Source of the DNA: the human T2T-CHM13v2.0 reference genome, Homo sapiens
Reading direction: 5' to 3' (one strand)
Assembly (NCBI RefSeq): GCF_009914755.1
Contig: NC_060931.1
DNA: 64,000 bases
This document shows positions 19,790 through 40,769 of the stretch, in pieces. Within the stretch, counting starts at the first letter, position 1. Each line of letters begins with the position of its first letter. The translations under genes and the position numbers were made by a program. The notes beneath the pieces were generated by a model that did no database searches, had not been told where the DNA came from, and saw nothing but the letters and a program-made list of their open reading frames with translations.

Positions 19790-20930
19790 CAGACCAGCTT
19801 TTCCCCAGGTCAATTCCAGAACAGCACACGCAGCAAGACTGCACCTTCTCCAGCCCAGCCCGGAGCTCAGTCCGTGGGCCACTGCCAACCCCCAGGCCCA
19901 GGCCCCGGCCGCCCCACTCCCTGGACGCGGACCCCAATCCAGCTGCGACAGGGACCCGAGTTTCGACAGAGCCTGCATCCTCCACCGGCCCTTCTTACCG
20001 AAGCCGGCTCGGCCATGGCGGTTCCGCACGAACCGGCCCTGCCTGGCACGGCCTCCCCTCCGCTCCGCCCCAACCCGACTCCCAGGTACAGCCCTGCTGG
20101 CCCCCAAAGGCAGAGCCGGCCGGGCGCGGTGCATGCTGGGACTCGGCGCTCGGAAGCGGAAGCCGCTCCGCCCCATAGCGCCCCCTGCGGGCGGGAGGAG
20201 CGGCGCCGCCAGAGGGAGTCGGTCCTCAGAGGAGGGGCCCGGGCACCCTCCGTGCGGGCCGCAGCACGCCGGTCTTTGAGGGACCCTTGGACTCCCGGAT
20301 CTGCATGCGAGGGATGCGGTCGAAGACGAGATGAGGGAGCTGACGGGAGGGGAAACGGAGGGGCAGGTGAACATGGAGAGAGCAGGAACAGGGAGAGAGT
20401 AGGGACAGCGACTGGGAGACGCGCTCCACAGAAACCCGGACTGAGAGGCAGCGAGAGGGTGAGAGTCCGGTGCTGTTCCTTCCAAAGCTGCCCCCAAGTC
20501 AGGGATGAGCTCGAGGGTTTCGTTTGTGAGGGGGTCCCGGGAATCCAGCGAGGCCGGGTAGGTGGTGGGGGGCGCGCGGTGGCCCGGGGTGTCCGTCCCG
20601 CCGGGGGCGCGGAGGCCGTGTGGGCCCCGGGCATGTCCCGTCGGGGACGCGGAGGAGGGGTCCGCCCACCACGTCCGGTCCCCGTGGGTGCAGCGCCCTT
20701 CTGGGCTCCCCGAGCGTCCACACTCCCTCCTTGGCAGAGAAAGGCCTCGGGCAGAGACCCCATGCGGAAGCCACCCCGGCCTCGGGGCCGCCTGCGGGGA
20801 CTCAGGGTCGCCCAGGGATGCGGGCCGGGCACCCCTAGCCCCCGGCGGGAGACTGTGACAGAGCGGGAGAAGACGGAGGAGGCCATGACACAGGGCGTGA
20901 GAAACACGAAGACGCAAAAACGGGAGAGGT
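19550..20930. promoter_or_regulatory. CpG island / ZNF425 promoter, probably bidirectional
   Basis: Very high GC and CpG density around ZNF425 exon 1; tandem ETS/GABP sites CGGAAGCGGAAG (20151-20162), ZNF143-like half site GCATGCTGGGA (20131-20141), GC boxes, CTCF-like AGCGCCCCCTGCGG (20177-20190). Confidence 0.88.
19999..20016 (-). CDS. ZNF425: ZNF425 coding exon 1 (MAEPAS)
   Basis: Minus strand reads CCGCC-ATG GCC GAG CCG GCT TCG|gtaaga: good Kozak context, canonical GT donor, phase 0, inside a CpG island. Joins in frame to the KRAB-A exon. Confidence 0.93.
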
Positions 20931-21301
20931 GGGAAGACGCAGAAGGGGAAACCAGGGAGAGACAGAAAGGAGAGAGAGGGCAAGGAAGGGGGTGGCGACT
21001 GTCCCCAGAAAATCAACCTCGCATTCTGTCCTAGTCATGTTTTAGGTGTCAGGCTAAAGTAACAAATGAAAAGTGTGTAGTTAGAAAGGATGTCCATGAG
21101 AAATAAAGTAGTCCCTGCATAGGCTGAGGAGCGTGTGCACATCTGTATTTGTCCCGGAATCGTGAAATGTAGATGCACCTTACTGATTAAAGGGTTAAAA
21201 AAAAAAACCTTACATTAAAACTAACGTTTCGGATGGGCGCGGTGCCTCACGCCTGTAATCCCAGCACTTTGGGAGGCGGAGGCGGGCGGATCACGAGGTC
21301 A

Positions 21302-21592
<291 letters not shown>

Positions 21593-21865
21593 TCACATAT
21601 GTATGTATACGTGTAGTAACCACTGTAACCAGGATACGGAAGAGCCCTGTCCCACCCTGAAACTCCTTGTGCTGCCATTCTCTTCTGTGCTTCATTTGCT
21701 TTATGGTCACTCCCTCCGACACCTGGATCCTTGGCAAGGACTGATCTGCTCTTGAAACCTAGTTTTCTCTTTTTAGAAATGGTATATAAATGGAATCATA
21801 CAGTATGATATAACCTTTTGTGACTGGCTCCTCAAAAGCGTAATGCTTTTGTGATTCATCCATGT

Positions 21866-23536
<1,671 letters not shown>

Positions 23537-23660
23537 TAATTGCTGATAGTATTCCATGTTATGATATACTGAAGAGTATTTATCCATTGAAGGATATTTG
23601 TATTTTTTCCGTTTTATTATTTTTTATACTTATTTGTTTATTTATTTATTTATTTTTTGA

Positions 23661-24060
<400 letters not shown>

Positions 24061-24522
24061 TGAGTAGGTGGGATTACAGGTGCACACCACCCCACCTGGC
24101 TAATTTTTGTATTTTTAGTAGAGAAGGGGTTTCACCATGTTGGCCAGGCTGGTTTCAAACTCCTAACCTCAAGTGATCCGCCTGCCTTGGCCTCCCAAAG
24201 TGCTGGGATGACAGGAATGAGCAACTGTGCCCAGCCTTTTCCAAGTTTTGGAATTCTGAATAGAGCTGCTATAAACATTTGCATACAGGTTTTTGTGTGA
24301 AAATAAATTTTTATTTCTTTAAGGTAGATACCCAGGAGTGGGACTGCTGAGTCACGGTAAATATGTATATTTAATTTTACAAGGAACTAGCAAACCATTT
24401 TTAAGAGTGACTGTACTATTATGTGTTCCCCTTGTGAACGCATGAGAGTTCAGTTGGCCCACGTTCTTTATTTGGTATTTTTAGCATTTAAAAAAACCGT
24501 TAGACATTCTAATCAATGGTGG

Positions 24523-25032
24523 TGTTGCTGAAACACCAGGGGTTTGGTCTAGGTGCTGCTGTTTGTGGCTCAGAAAGCCAATCATGACAACAACAAGTGT
24601 TGCCAACGAAGAAAGCTTTAATTGGGTGTTACTGCTGAGGAGATGGGAGATGGGAGACGGGAGATCAGTCTCAAATCCATCTCCCTGACAGGCTAAAATG
24701 AGCGGCTTCTATTGCTGGGAGGAAATGTAACCATATGTGGAAAAACATGAATTGGTTAGGGGTAAGGAAGAGGGTTTGGTCAACAGGAAGCAGGTGGTGG
24801 GTTAGGCAATCATGATGGGTGAGGGGTCTGACTTTCATTGTCCAAATTCAGTGATCCTGTGAGTTTCAACTGGTTAATACTATCTGGGAGGCCTGATGGT
24901 TGCTTTCCTGAGAAAGGAACTCAGATAAGACAAATGTAACTGTCTCAAGTTTTAAGACTAAAAGGATCAGTTACTGTGTTTATTCAAAGAAACCATAAAC
25001 ATCAGTTCTATAGGGCAATTGGGTCTGTTTCA
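24523..25032 (-). mobile_element. Solo ERV1 LTR (MER66-like)
   Basis: TG...CA ends; minus strand begins TGAAACAGACCCAATTGCCCTATAGAACTGATGTTTATGG, resembling MER66-type LTRs. Confidence 0.62.
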
Positions 25033-25265
25033 GTGTAGGGGTATCTCAATGTAGTTTTTATTTGGATTTCCCTAGTTGCTAATGATACAAAAAATTCTTA
25101 TTACGTGCTAAATTGCCAACTTCTAGTTAAGTTTTTGTTCTTGCTCCTTGTCCATTTTTCAATTGCATTTTTCTCAGGTTGATAAATATGGACTTTTTAT
25201 TAAGGAAAGATTTTACTATGGGCAATTCTTTTAACATATTAGAACAGGCTGGGTGTGGTGGCTCA

Positions 25266-25628
<363 letters not shown>

Positions 25629-26086
25629 TTAGCATTTCTATTGAATTTGAAGTAGCGGGGAGGGTTTCCTGTTTTAGCTTAGTCTATTATCCTAGTGGAA
25701 AATTCTTTGCTTTTGACACTTTTAAACAGTTTTAGACATTTTAAATATGTTCACACCTTCTTTGATAGCTACGCAGCATACCAATTTACCACAATTTATT
25801 CATCCAGTCCTCTACTAGACGTTTTGTTTATAGTCAAATTTTAGTTTATAGTCAAAAAGCATCAAGTATTGCTTTTGATGAATCTTACATTTGCAAATAT
25901 ATTTATAGAATACGTTCCTAGAAAAATATTGCTTGATCAAAAGGTCTACTTATTTATAATCGATACACTACTAAGTTGCTCAGAAGAGGTTATATCAATT
26001 TATTACTCCACCGACTTCCTTATATTCTCTCTCTCTTTTTTTTTTTTTTTTTGAGACAGAGTCTTGCTCTGTCCCCCAGGCTGTAG

Positions 26087-26212
<126 letters not shown>

Positions 26213-26335
26213 TAGTAGATATGGGGTTTCTCCATGTTTGTCAGGCTGGTCTCGAACTCCTGACCTCATGTGATCTGCCCACTTCAGCCTCCCAAAGCGC
26301 TGGGAATACAGGCGTTAGCCACCCCGCCCGGCCTA

Positions 26336-26864
26336 GAGAACAGCTTTCTCTCTTTCGAGAGAGAGAGGCACCCGTATGGGACCTCTAGACCTCAGTGGAG
26401 TGCACCGGATTTTATAGGCAGGCTTGAGGAGGCGGTGTCTGATTTACCAGGGGCCCAGAGATGGGTTGGACCAGGTGGGACGTCTACATAGCATGAGAGG
26501 AAGCTGGCCACCCACCCTAATCTACTTAATGCAAATGAGCTTTCCACTGGGCCAGTGCCATGTTGTGTGCTCCCTACTGCACAAGTGGTTGGAAAGAAAA
26601 ACAGAAGATGGAAAGAAAAACAGAAGATGGAGCCGCCATTTTAAACACACCTAGTCTCTGGTAGCCTTTTCTGATTGACACAACTGCCAGCATTCACCTG
26701 TGCAAGCTTCCGCTTGCTTGTGTATGTCTGCAGCTCATTTTTACAGGCTCCTTGTTAGAAAGTAAAATGATTTTGGGGCTGCTTTTTATTAAAAGGAAAG
26801 CTTTACCGATGACTTCCTTACCCTCACTATCTGCCTAAATAATTTCTTTTTAACTCCTATATCA
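26336..26864 (-). mobile_element. MER61-like ERV1 LTR (partial)
   Basis: Minus strand starts TGATATAGGAGTTAAAAAGAAATTATTTAGGCAGATAGTGAGGGTAAG, typical of the MER61/LTR27 group; contains a 19-bp tandem duplication at 26591-26628. Confidence 0.68.
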
Positions 26865-27404
26865 GCGGTGAGGACAACCAGAGGTCACTCTGATTGCCAT
26901 CTTGGTTTTGGTAGGTTTTAGGCTGGCTTCTTTAGTGCAACCTGTTTTATCAGTAAGGCTTTTTTTTTTTTTCTTGATAGAGTTTCACCCTGTAGCCCAG
27001 GGTGGAGTGCAGTGGCACAATCTTGGATCACTGCAACTTCCGCCTCATTGGTTCAGGCGATTCTCCTGCCTTAGCCTTCCAAGTAGCTGGGATTATAGGC
27101 TTGCCACCACACCCAGATAACTTTTGTATTTTTAGTAGAGATAGGGTTTCACCATGTTGGCTAGGCTGGTCTGGAACTCCAGGGCTCAAGTGATCTGCCC
27201 ACCCCAGCCTCCCAAAGTGCTGGGATTATAGGCATGAGCCACTGTGCCAGGCCATCAGCATGGTCTTTATGACCTGTATGTTGTGCTGACTTCCTATCTC
27301 TTCCTGTGATTTAGAATGCCTTAACCATCTGGGAATGCAGCCCAGCCTCATTTTACCCAGCCCCTATTCAAGATGAAGTTGCTACAGTTCAAAGGCTTTT
27401 GACA
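26865..27404 (-). mobile_element. MER41 LTR 5' part, interrupted by an Alu
   Basis: Minus strand TGTCAAAAGCCTTTGAACTGTAGCAACTTCATCTTGAATAGGGGCTGGGTAAAATGAGGCTG...GCATTCCCAGATGGTTAAGGCATTC matches the MER41 start. Confidence 0.78.
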
Positions 27405-27491
27405 AAGTGATCTGCCTGCCCCAGCTTCCCAAAGTTCTGGGATTACAGGGGTGAGCCACTGCACCTGGCTTTTGGTTATTTTTGTGTTTTT

Positions 27492-27494
<3 letters not shown>

Positions 27495-27545
<51 letters not shown>

Positions 27546-27560
27546 TATGTATATATATAT
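27495..27560. repeat. (TA)n microsatellite
   Basis: Long TA run with CA/TG interruptions. Confidence 0.92.
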
Positions 27561-27603
27561 TTGTTTTTTGTGACCTTCAGATTTTTTTTTTTTGTTTTTT
27601 TGA

Positions 27604-27759
<156 letters not shown>

Positions 27760-27864
27760 TAGTAGAGACAGAGTTTCTCCATGTTGGTCAGGCTGATCTC
27801 GAACTCCTGACCTCAGGTGATCTGCCCGCCTTGGCTTCCCAAAGTGCTGGGATTACAGGCATGA

Positions 27865-28129
<265 letters not shown>

Positions 28130-28491
28130 TGAACTCCTGATGTCAGGTAATCCAACCCCCCTCCCCACCGGCCTCCCAAAGTGCTAGGATTACAGGTGTG
28201 AGCCACCACGCTCAGCCCGTTTTTGTCTTTTTGATATGAGATCTCATTCTGTTGCCCAGGCTGGAGTGCAGTGGTGTGATAATAGCTCACTGCAGCCTCC
28301 ACCCTCTGGGCTCAAGATGCTCCCACCTCAGCCTTTCAAAGTTTGGGGACTACAGGTGTGAGCCACAGCATCCCATCCATTATATTCTTAATGATCTCTC
28401 TGTACAACTTAAAGTTTATTTTTTCAACTCTGAGTACTTTTAAAGATATATTAACTAGACATTAGATAATAGGTAAAAGAGTAACACCTAA

Positions 28492-28794
<303 letters not shown>

Positions 28795-29110
28795 TGACCT
28801 GCCCAGCTCGGCCTCCCAAAATGCTGGGATTACCACCTGACCTCATTTATTATGTTAAAGACTGTTAGAGATAATGCTGATTGCAATAACCACATTAACA
28901 AAGCCTAGTTGAAGAAGGCAGGCATTTGAAAGTGGTTTATTTTCTTATTCAGTTTTGACAGTTCTTAATTTATTCTGAATGTAAGTCCTTTGTTGGATAT
29001 ATGATTAGTAAATATTTTATCCTGGCCAACACGGTGAAACCCCGTCTCTACTAAAAATACCAAAAAAATAGCCGGGCGTCGTGGCAGGTGCCCGTAGTCC
29101 CAGCTACTTA

Positions 29111-29490
<380 letters not shown>

Positions 29491-29949
29491 TAATAGTCCG
29501 GGTGCAGTAGCTCACACCTGTAATCCCAGCACTTTGGGAGGCTGAAGCAGACAGATCACTTGAGGTAAGCAATAGTTGAAGATCAGCCTGGCCAACATGG
29601 TGAATCCCAGTCTCCACTAAAAATTCAAAAATTAGCTGGGCATGGTGGTGCGCGCCTGTAGTCCCAGCTACTCAAGAGGCTGAGCATGAGAATCACTTGA
29701 CCCCAGGAGGCGGACGTTGCAGTGAGCCAAGATCATGCCATTGCACTCCAGCCTGGGAGACGGAGACTACGTCTCCAAAAACTAATAACAATAATAATAA
29801 TAATAAAGCTTTAATTTTGATTAAGTCCAATTTGTACTTTGTTGCTTTTTGTGGATTGGGGTTTTGGTATCATGTGTAAGAACTCTGCCTAATTCAAGGT
29901 CATAAATATTTGGTTTTGTTCTAGAAATTTCCTAGTTTTATGTTTTAAA

Positions 29950-30246
29950 TTTATTTATTTATTTATATGTTTATTTATATTCCCCTATTTAAAGCTTTTA
30001 ATTTAAAAGTAAAATTTAATGTCAAAAATGCAAACTTGGGGAGGGCGTAAAAATCACACTCAAGGCTGCCACCTCACACTTAGAGGGTTGCAGAGCGGCC
30101 AGGCAGAGGCGCTCCTCACTTCCCAGACTGTGGGGCGGCCGAGCAGAGGCACTCCTCACTTTTTAGACAGTGCAGCTGCCAGGCAGAGGTGCGCCTCACT
30201 TCCCAGACGGGTTGGCGGCCGGGCAGAGGTGCTCCTCACTTCCCAG
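29950..30246 (-). mobile_element. SVA2-like retrotransposon (VNTR + short unique 3' region + A-rich tail)
   Basis: About four ~40-bp SVA VNTR units (GGCGGCCGGGCAGAGGCGCTCCTCACTTCCCAGAC), then a non-SINE-R 3' segment and an A-rich tail on the minus strand; 11-bp TSD TTTAAATTTAT at 29944-29954 and 30247-30257. Confidence 0.8.
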
Positions 30247-30342
30247 TTTAAATTTATATCTGTTATCTGTTTTTATTTACTTTGTGTAAAAAGTGTAAGA
30301 GTTGGGTTCAGGTTCATTTTTTTGCATATGAAAGTCCAATAG

Positions 30343-30624
<282 letters not shown>

Positions 30625-30705
30625 TGATCCACCTGCCTTGGCCTCCCAAAATGCTGCGATTACAGGCGTGAGCCACCGCGCTGGGCCTTTTTTTTTTTTT
30701 TTTGA

Positions 30706-31420
<715 letters not shown>

Positions 31421-31818
31421 TGAACTCCTGACCTCGTGATCCACCTGCCTTGGCCTCCCAAACTGTTGGGATTACAGGCGTGAGCCACTGTGCCTGGCAT
31501 GTAGATATTTTTTATCATGTTGTGCTAATTCCCTTTCATCCCTAGTTTTGTGAGAGTTTTTATTGTGAGTAAATGTGAATATTTGTTTTGTCAAATCATT
31601 TTTCTGCATTTATGGGCAAGCACAATCACTTACATGTATTTAGTTGTGAAAAACTGGAACCTAAACGTATAAATAAGTCGGAAGCATCCATAAGATGAAA
31701 TATGTAGACATTAAATTTATGTTTTCGAAAAATATTTGGCTGGGCGCAGTGGCTCACGCCTGCAATCCCAGCACTTTGGAAGGCCGAGGCGGGCGGATCA
31801 CCTGAGGTCGGGAGTTCA

Positions 31819-32019
<201 letters not shown>

Positions 32020-32116
32020 TCAAAAAAAAAAAGAAAAAAAAAAAGAAAAAAATTTAATGCTATGCAAGATATTCAAGTATATTAAATAACAAAGGCAGGT
32101 TTCAAAACAGTATTTA

Positions 32117-32284
<168 letters not shown>

Positions 32285-32792
32285 CTACTCTCAGGAAGCT
32301 AAGGCAGGAGAATCGCTACAATCCAGGAGGCAGAGGTTGCAATGAGCCGAGATCGTGCCACTGCACTCCAGCCTGGGTGACACAGTGAAACTCCATCTCA
32401 AAAACAAAACAAAACAAATCAAAAAACAGTATTTACAGTTTCAACTGTATTAAGAAAATAAATAAATATTGTGTGTGTGTATACATATATATATTTATAT
32501 AAAAGAAGCTCACAAAGATAAGAACCAAAATGCTTCGAGTGATTGTCTCTGGATTGTATGATTATATGTGGCCTTTGTCTTTATACAACCCTGTATATTT
32601 CAAATATTCTGCAAAGCACAGAAAAGTAATAATAAATGTGCTCACTGCAGCCTCAACCTCTGGGGTTCAATTGATCCTCTCATCTCAGCCTCCTGAGTAG
32701 CTGGGACTACAGGTGCATGCCACTATGCCCAGCTAATTTTTTTTTTTTTTTGAGACGGAGTCTTGTTCTGTCACCAGGCTGGAGTACAGTGA

Positions 32793-32909
<117 letters not shown>

Positions 32910-34286
32910 TAGTAGAGACGGGGCTTCACCATGTTGACCAGATGGTCTTGATTTCTTGACCTCCTCGTGATCCGCCCACCTCGGCCTCCTAAAGTGCTGG
33001 GATTATAGGCACAAGCCACTGCGCCCAGCCAATTTTTTTTTTTTAAGTTTTAATTTTTTTTGTAAAGATGGGGTCTCACAATGTTGCTAAGCTGGTCTTA
33101 GACTCCTAGGCTCAAGTGATTCTCTCATCTGGGCCTCCTAAAGTGCTGGGATTATAGGCATAAACCAGTGTACCTGGTCTATTGTTACTGTGTGAATACC
33201 TACTTTTAAATTTAGGTATTCTAAATTCCAAATGTAACTTGAAGTATTAAATCTAATGATGTGCCGGGCGCGGTGGCTCACACCTGTAATCCCAGCACTT
33301 TGGGAGGCTGAGGCGGGCACATCATGACGTCAGGAGTTCGAGACCATCCTGGCCAACATGGTGAAACTCCGTCTCCACTAAAAATACAAAGATTAGCTGG
33401 GCGTAGTGGCACATGCCTGTAGTCCTAGCTACTTGGGAGGCTGTGGCAGGAAAATCACTTGAACCCGGGAGGCGGAGGTTGCAGTGAGCGAGATCAGCCA
33501 CTGCACTCCAGCCTGGCAACAGATAAATAAATAAATAAAAATTTGGCCGGGCGTGGTGGCTCACGCCTGTAATCCCAGCACTTTGGGAGGCTGAGATGGA
33601 GGGATCACGAGGTCAGGAGATCGAGACCATCCTGGCTAACACGGTGAAACCCTGTCTCTACTAAAAATACAAAAAATTAGCCGGGCGTGGTGGCGGGCAC
33701 CTGTGGTCCCAGCTCTACTCAGGAGGCTGAGACAGGAGAATGGCGTGAACCCAGGAGGCAGTGAGCCGAGATTGCGCCACTGCACTCCAGCCTGGGCAAC
33801 AGAGCGAAATCCATCTCAAAGAAAAAAATAATAAAATAAAATAAAAATTTAAAAATAATAAAAGTAAAATCTGATGATGTGCTTTAATGTTCAAATCCTA
33901 GCAGTCAGTTGAAGTATATATGAATATATATTTAATACTGCAAAAGTAAAATGCTATAATAATTATTGAGGATTACGAAAGATGTTATTTTATGTAATAA
34001 ACAGGAACTTTCAAATAGTTACATACATTGACAGTATATTTAGAGTGTGTTATCTAGATAACTTTAGAAAGAACATTATGTTCTTTTTGAGCCTACAGAT
34101 GTTTATAAAAATATAATTCTACCATAGGGAAAGAGAATTAACATTAGACATAATAATTCTAGTTACTATGGAATTATTTTGCACAGTTGCATTCATAACA
34201 GTACATAAAATACTTTTTTTTTTGAGACAGAGTCTCGCTCTGTTCCTCAGGCTGGTGTGCAATGGCACCATCTCAGCTCACTGTAA

Positions 34287-38140
<3,854 letters not shown>

Positions 38141-38430
38141 CTTTTTTTTTGGAGATGGGATGTCAGTCTGTCGCCCAGGCTGGAGTGCAGTGGTATTATT
38201 ACAGCTCACTGCAGCTTCAACCTCCCTGGCTCAAGTGATCTTACCTCAGCCTCCCGAGTAACTGGGTCGACAGGTGTGCATTACCATTTCAGGCTAATTT
38301 TTGTATTTTTTTATGGAGACAGGGTCCCACCAGGTTGCCCTGACTGGCCTTGAATTCTTGGGCTCCAACAATCTACCCACCTCGGCCTCCCACTGTGCTC
38401 GGCTACTACATTTTTTTTTTTCTTTTTTGA

Positions 38431-38535
<105 letters not shown>

Positions 38536-39112
38536 TGAGTAGCTAGGATTATAGGCACCCACGACCACGCCCGGCTAGTTTTTCTATTTTTAGTAGAGAT
38601 GGGGTTTCACCGTGTTGTTCAGGCTGGTCTCCAACTCCTGACCTTAGGCGATCCACCCACCTCGGCCTCCCAAAGTGCTGGGATTATAGGCGTGAGTCAC
38701 CGTGCCCGGCTTCTCGGCTACTACATTTTAAATAATAAAATTATACAACAGAATTTTCTTTCCAAGAAAATTCAGATTATTATTTTTTTGTAATCTACTC
38801 ATATTGTGAGTCAGAGAATGGCAATTTTCATTATTAAGCATTCACCATCTGACAAATATGTATATTCAGGTAAATCCCAAATTACGGACTGCATATGTAG
38901 CCACAGGCGAAAAGTAACTTAGTCTGCTCAAGAGCAGTTGCCCCAACAGGATAGTTCTCATACTTTTGTGATTTACAGATAGTTATACTGTTATGGGCAT
39001 TGACTTGATTCATGTGTTGAAATACAGGTTTAGCAGGGTTTGATTCATACATGTTTGAAATGAAGACTTCCTGGAAAACCAGGGTCATGTGCTTATCCTA
39101 TCACCACACACA

Positions 39113-39707
39113 TGAAACCGCCCCAACAGGGTTGACAAAAATTGCATGCAGGTTCTGGACAGAAATATAGTTATAATTAAGCATTAATCAGGCTGCACTT
39201 CGGCCTACTTCCTTGTTGCTAATAGTCACAAGGCACTAGATACTGACATTTGCATCTCTATTGTTCCTATAGATAGGATTTCAGACATCAGACTAAGAAT
39301 TGATTTGCATCCCTGTTGTTCCTGTAGACAGGATCTCTGACATTAGAATCATAAGGCTTTTGTTTAAGGATCGCTTAAGATGTTTTTCAGACCACGAGTT
39401 CCGGTGAAACAGTTGAGTTCAACCAGTTTGAAGACCCCCCACAGAGGAATGGGATGAGCATGAGAATGTAGTTTCTTCATCTCCTTGTACCACGATTTCA
39501 CCAGCACTCTCCCACCAATCAGTCAACTCCATTACCCTTACAAACTCTAACCCCAAATTCCCAAATTCCTAGCAGAGATGGATGTGAGGCTTCTTCCTGT
39601 CTCCTCCTTAGGTGGCCCTATGATTAGACCTCTTTCTCTGCTGCAACCTGGTGTCTCTGCATATAGACTTGCTATGTGCATTGGGCAAGGAACCTACTGC
39701 TGTTACA
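39113..39707 (+). mobile_element. Solo ERV1-class LTR
   Basis: TG...CA termini (TGAAACCGCC...GTTACA), 4-bp TSD CACA on both sides, ~595 bp, internal direct duplication; subfamily not assigned. Confidence 0.8.
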
Positions 39708-40230
39708 CACACTCTGTTGACTTAAAACACAACCTCACCAGAAAACACTTTGTTCTCGCAGGTCCTTTTTTTTTTTTTTTTTTTTTTTTTAAGATGGAGT
39801 CTAGCTCTGTCGCCCAGGGTGGAGTGCAGTGCTGCCATCTCTGCTCACTGCAACCTCCGCCTCCTGGGTTCCAGCGATTCTCTTGCCTCAGCCTCCGGAG
39901 CAGCTGGAATATCAGGTGCACGACACCACGCCCGGCTAATTTTTGTATTTTTTAGTAGAGACGGGGTTTCACCATGTTGGCCAGGCTGGTCTGGAACTCA
40001 GGTGATCTGCCCGCCTCGGCCTCCCAAAGTGCTGGAATTACAGGCGTGAGCCACTGCGCTCGGCCTGTTCTCGCAGGTCCTTTTGCTCAGACGCAGCAAA
40101 CCGTAACCCCAAGCTCGATCTCTGCTGCTCTCAGGAATTCCACTTCCTCCAGCTTGGGCAACATAGCGAGACCCTGTCTCTACAGAAAAATAAATAAGTA
40201 AATAAATAAATACAAATAAATAAAACATTA

Positions 40231-40730
<500 letters not shown>

Positions 40731-40769
40731 TCAATAATCCGAGATGTGAAGGAGACCTTAAAATATTAT

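Noticed and set aside
19577-21034. 485, 448 and 346 aa overlapping ORFs
   Set aside because: Stop-poor GC-rich CpG island plus the 7SL copy; low-complexity R/G/P/A content with no domain. Only the 18-nt ZNF425 exon is supported.
30090-30246. Regularly spaced ~40-bp repeats resembling a CRISPR array
   Set aside because: Tandem SVA VNTR units without unique spacers, in eukaryotic DNA.
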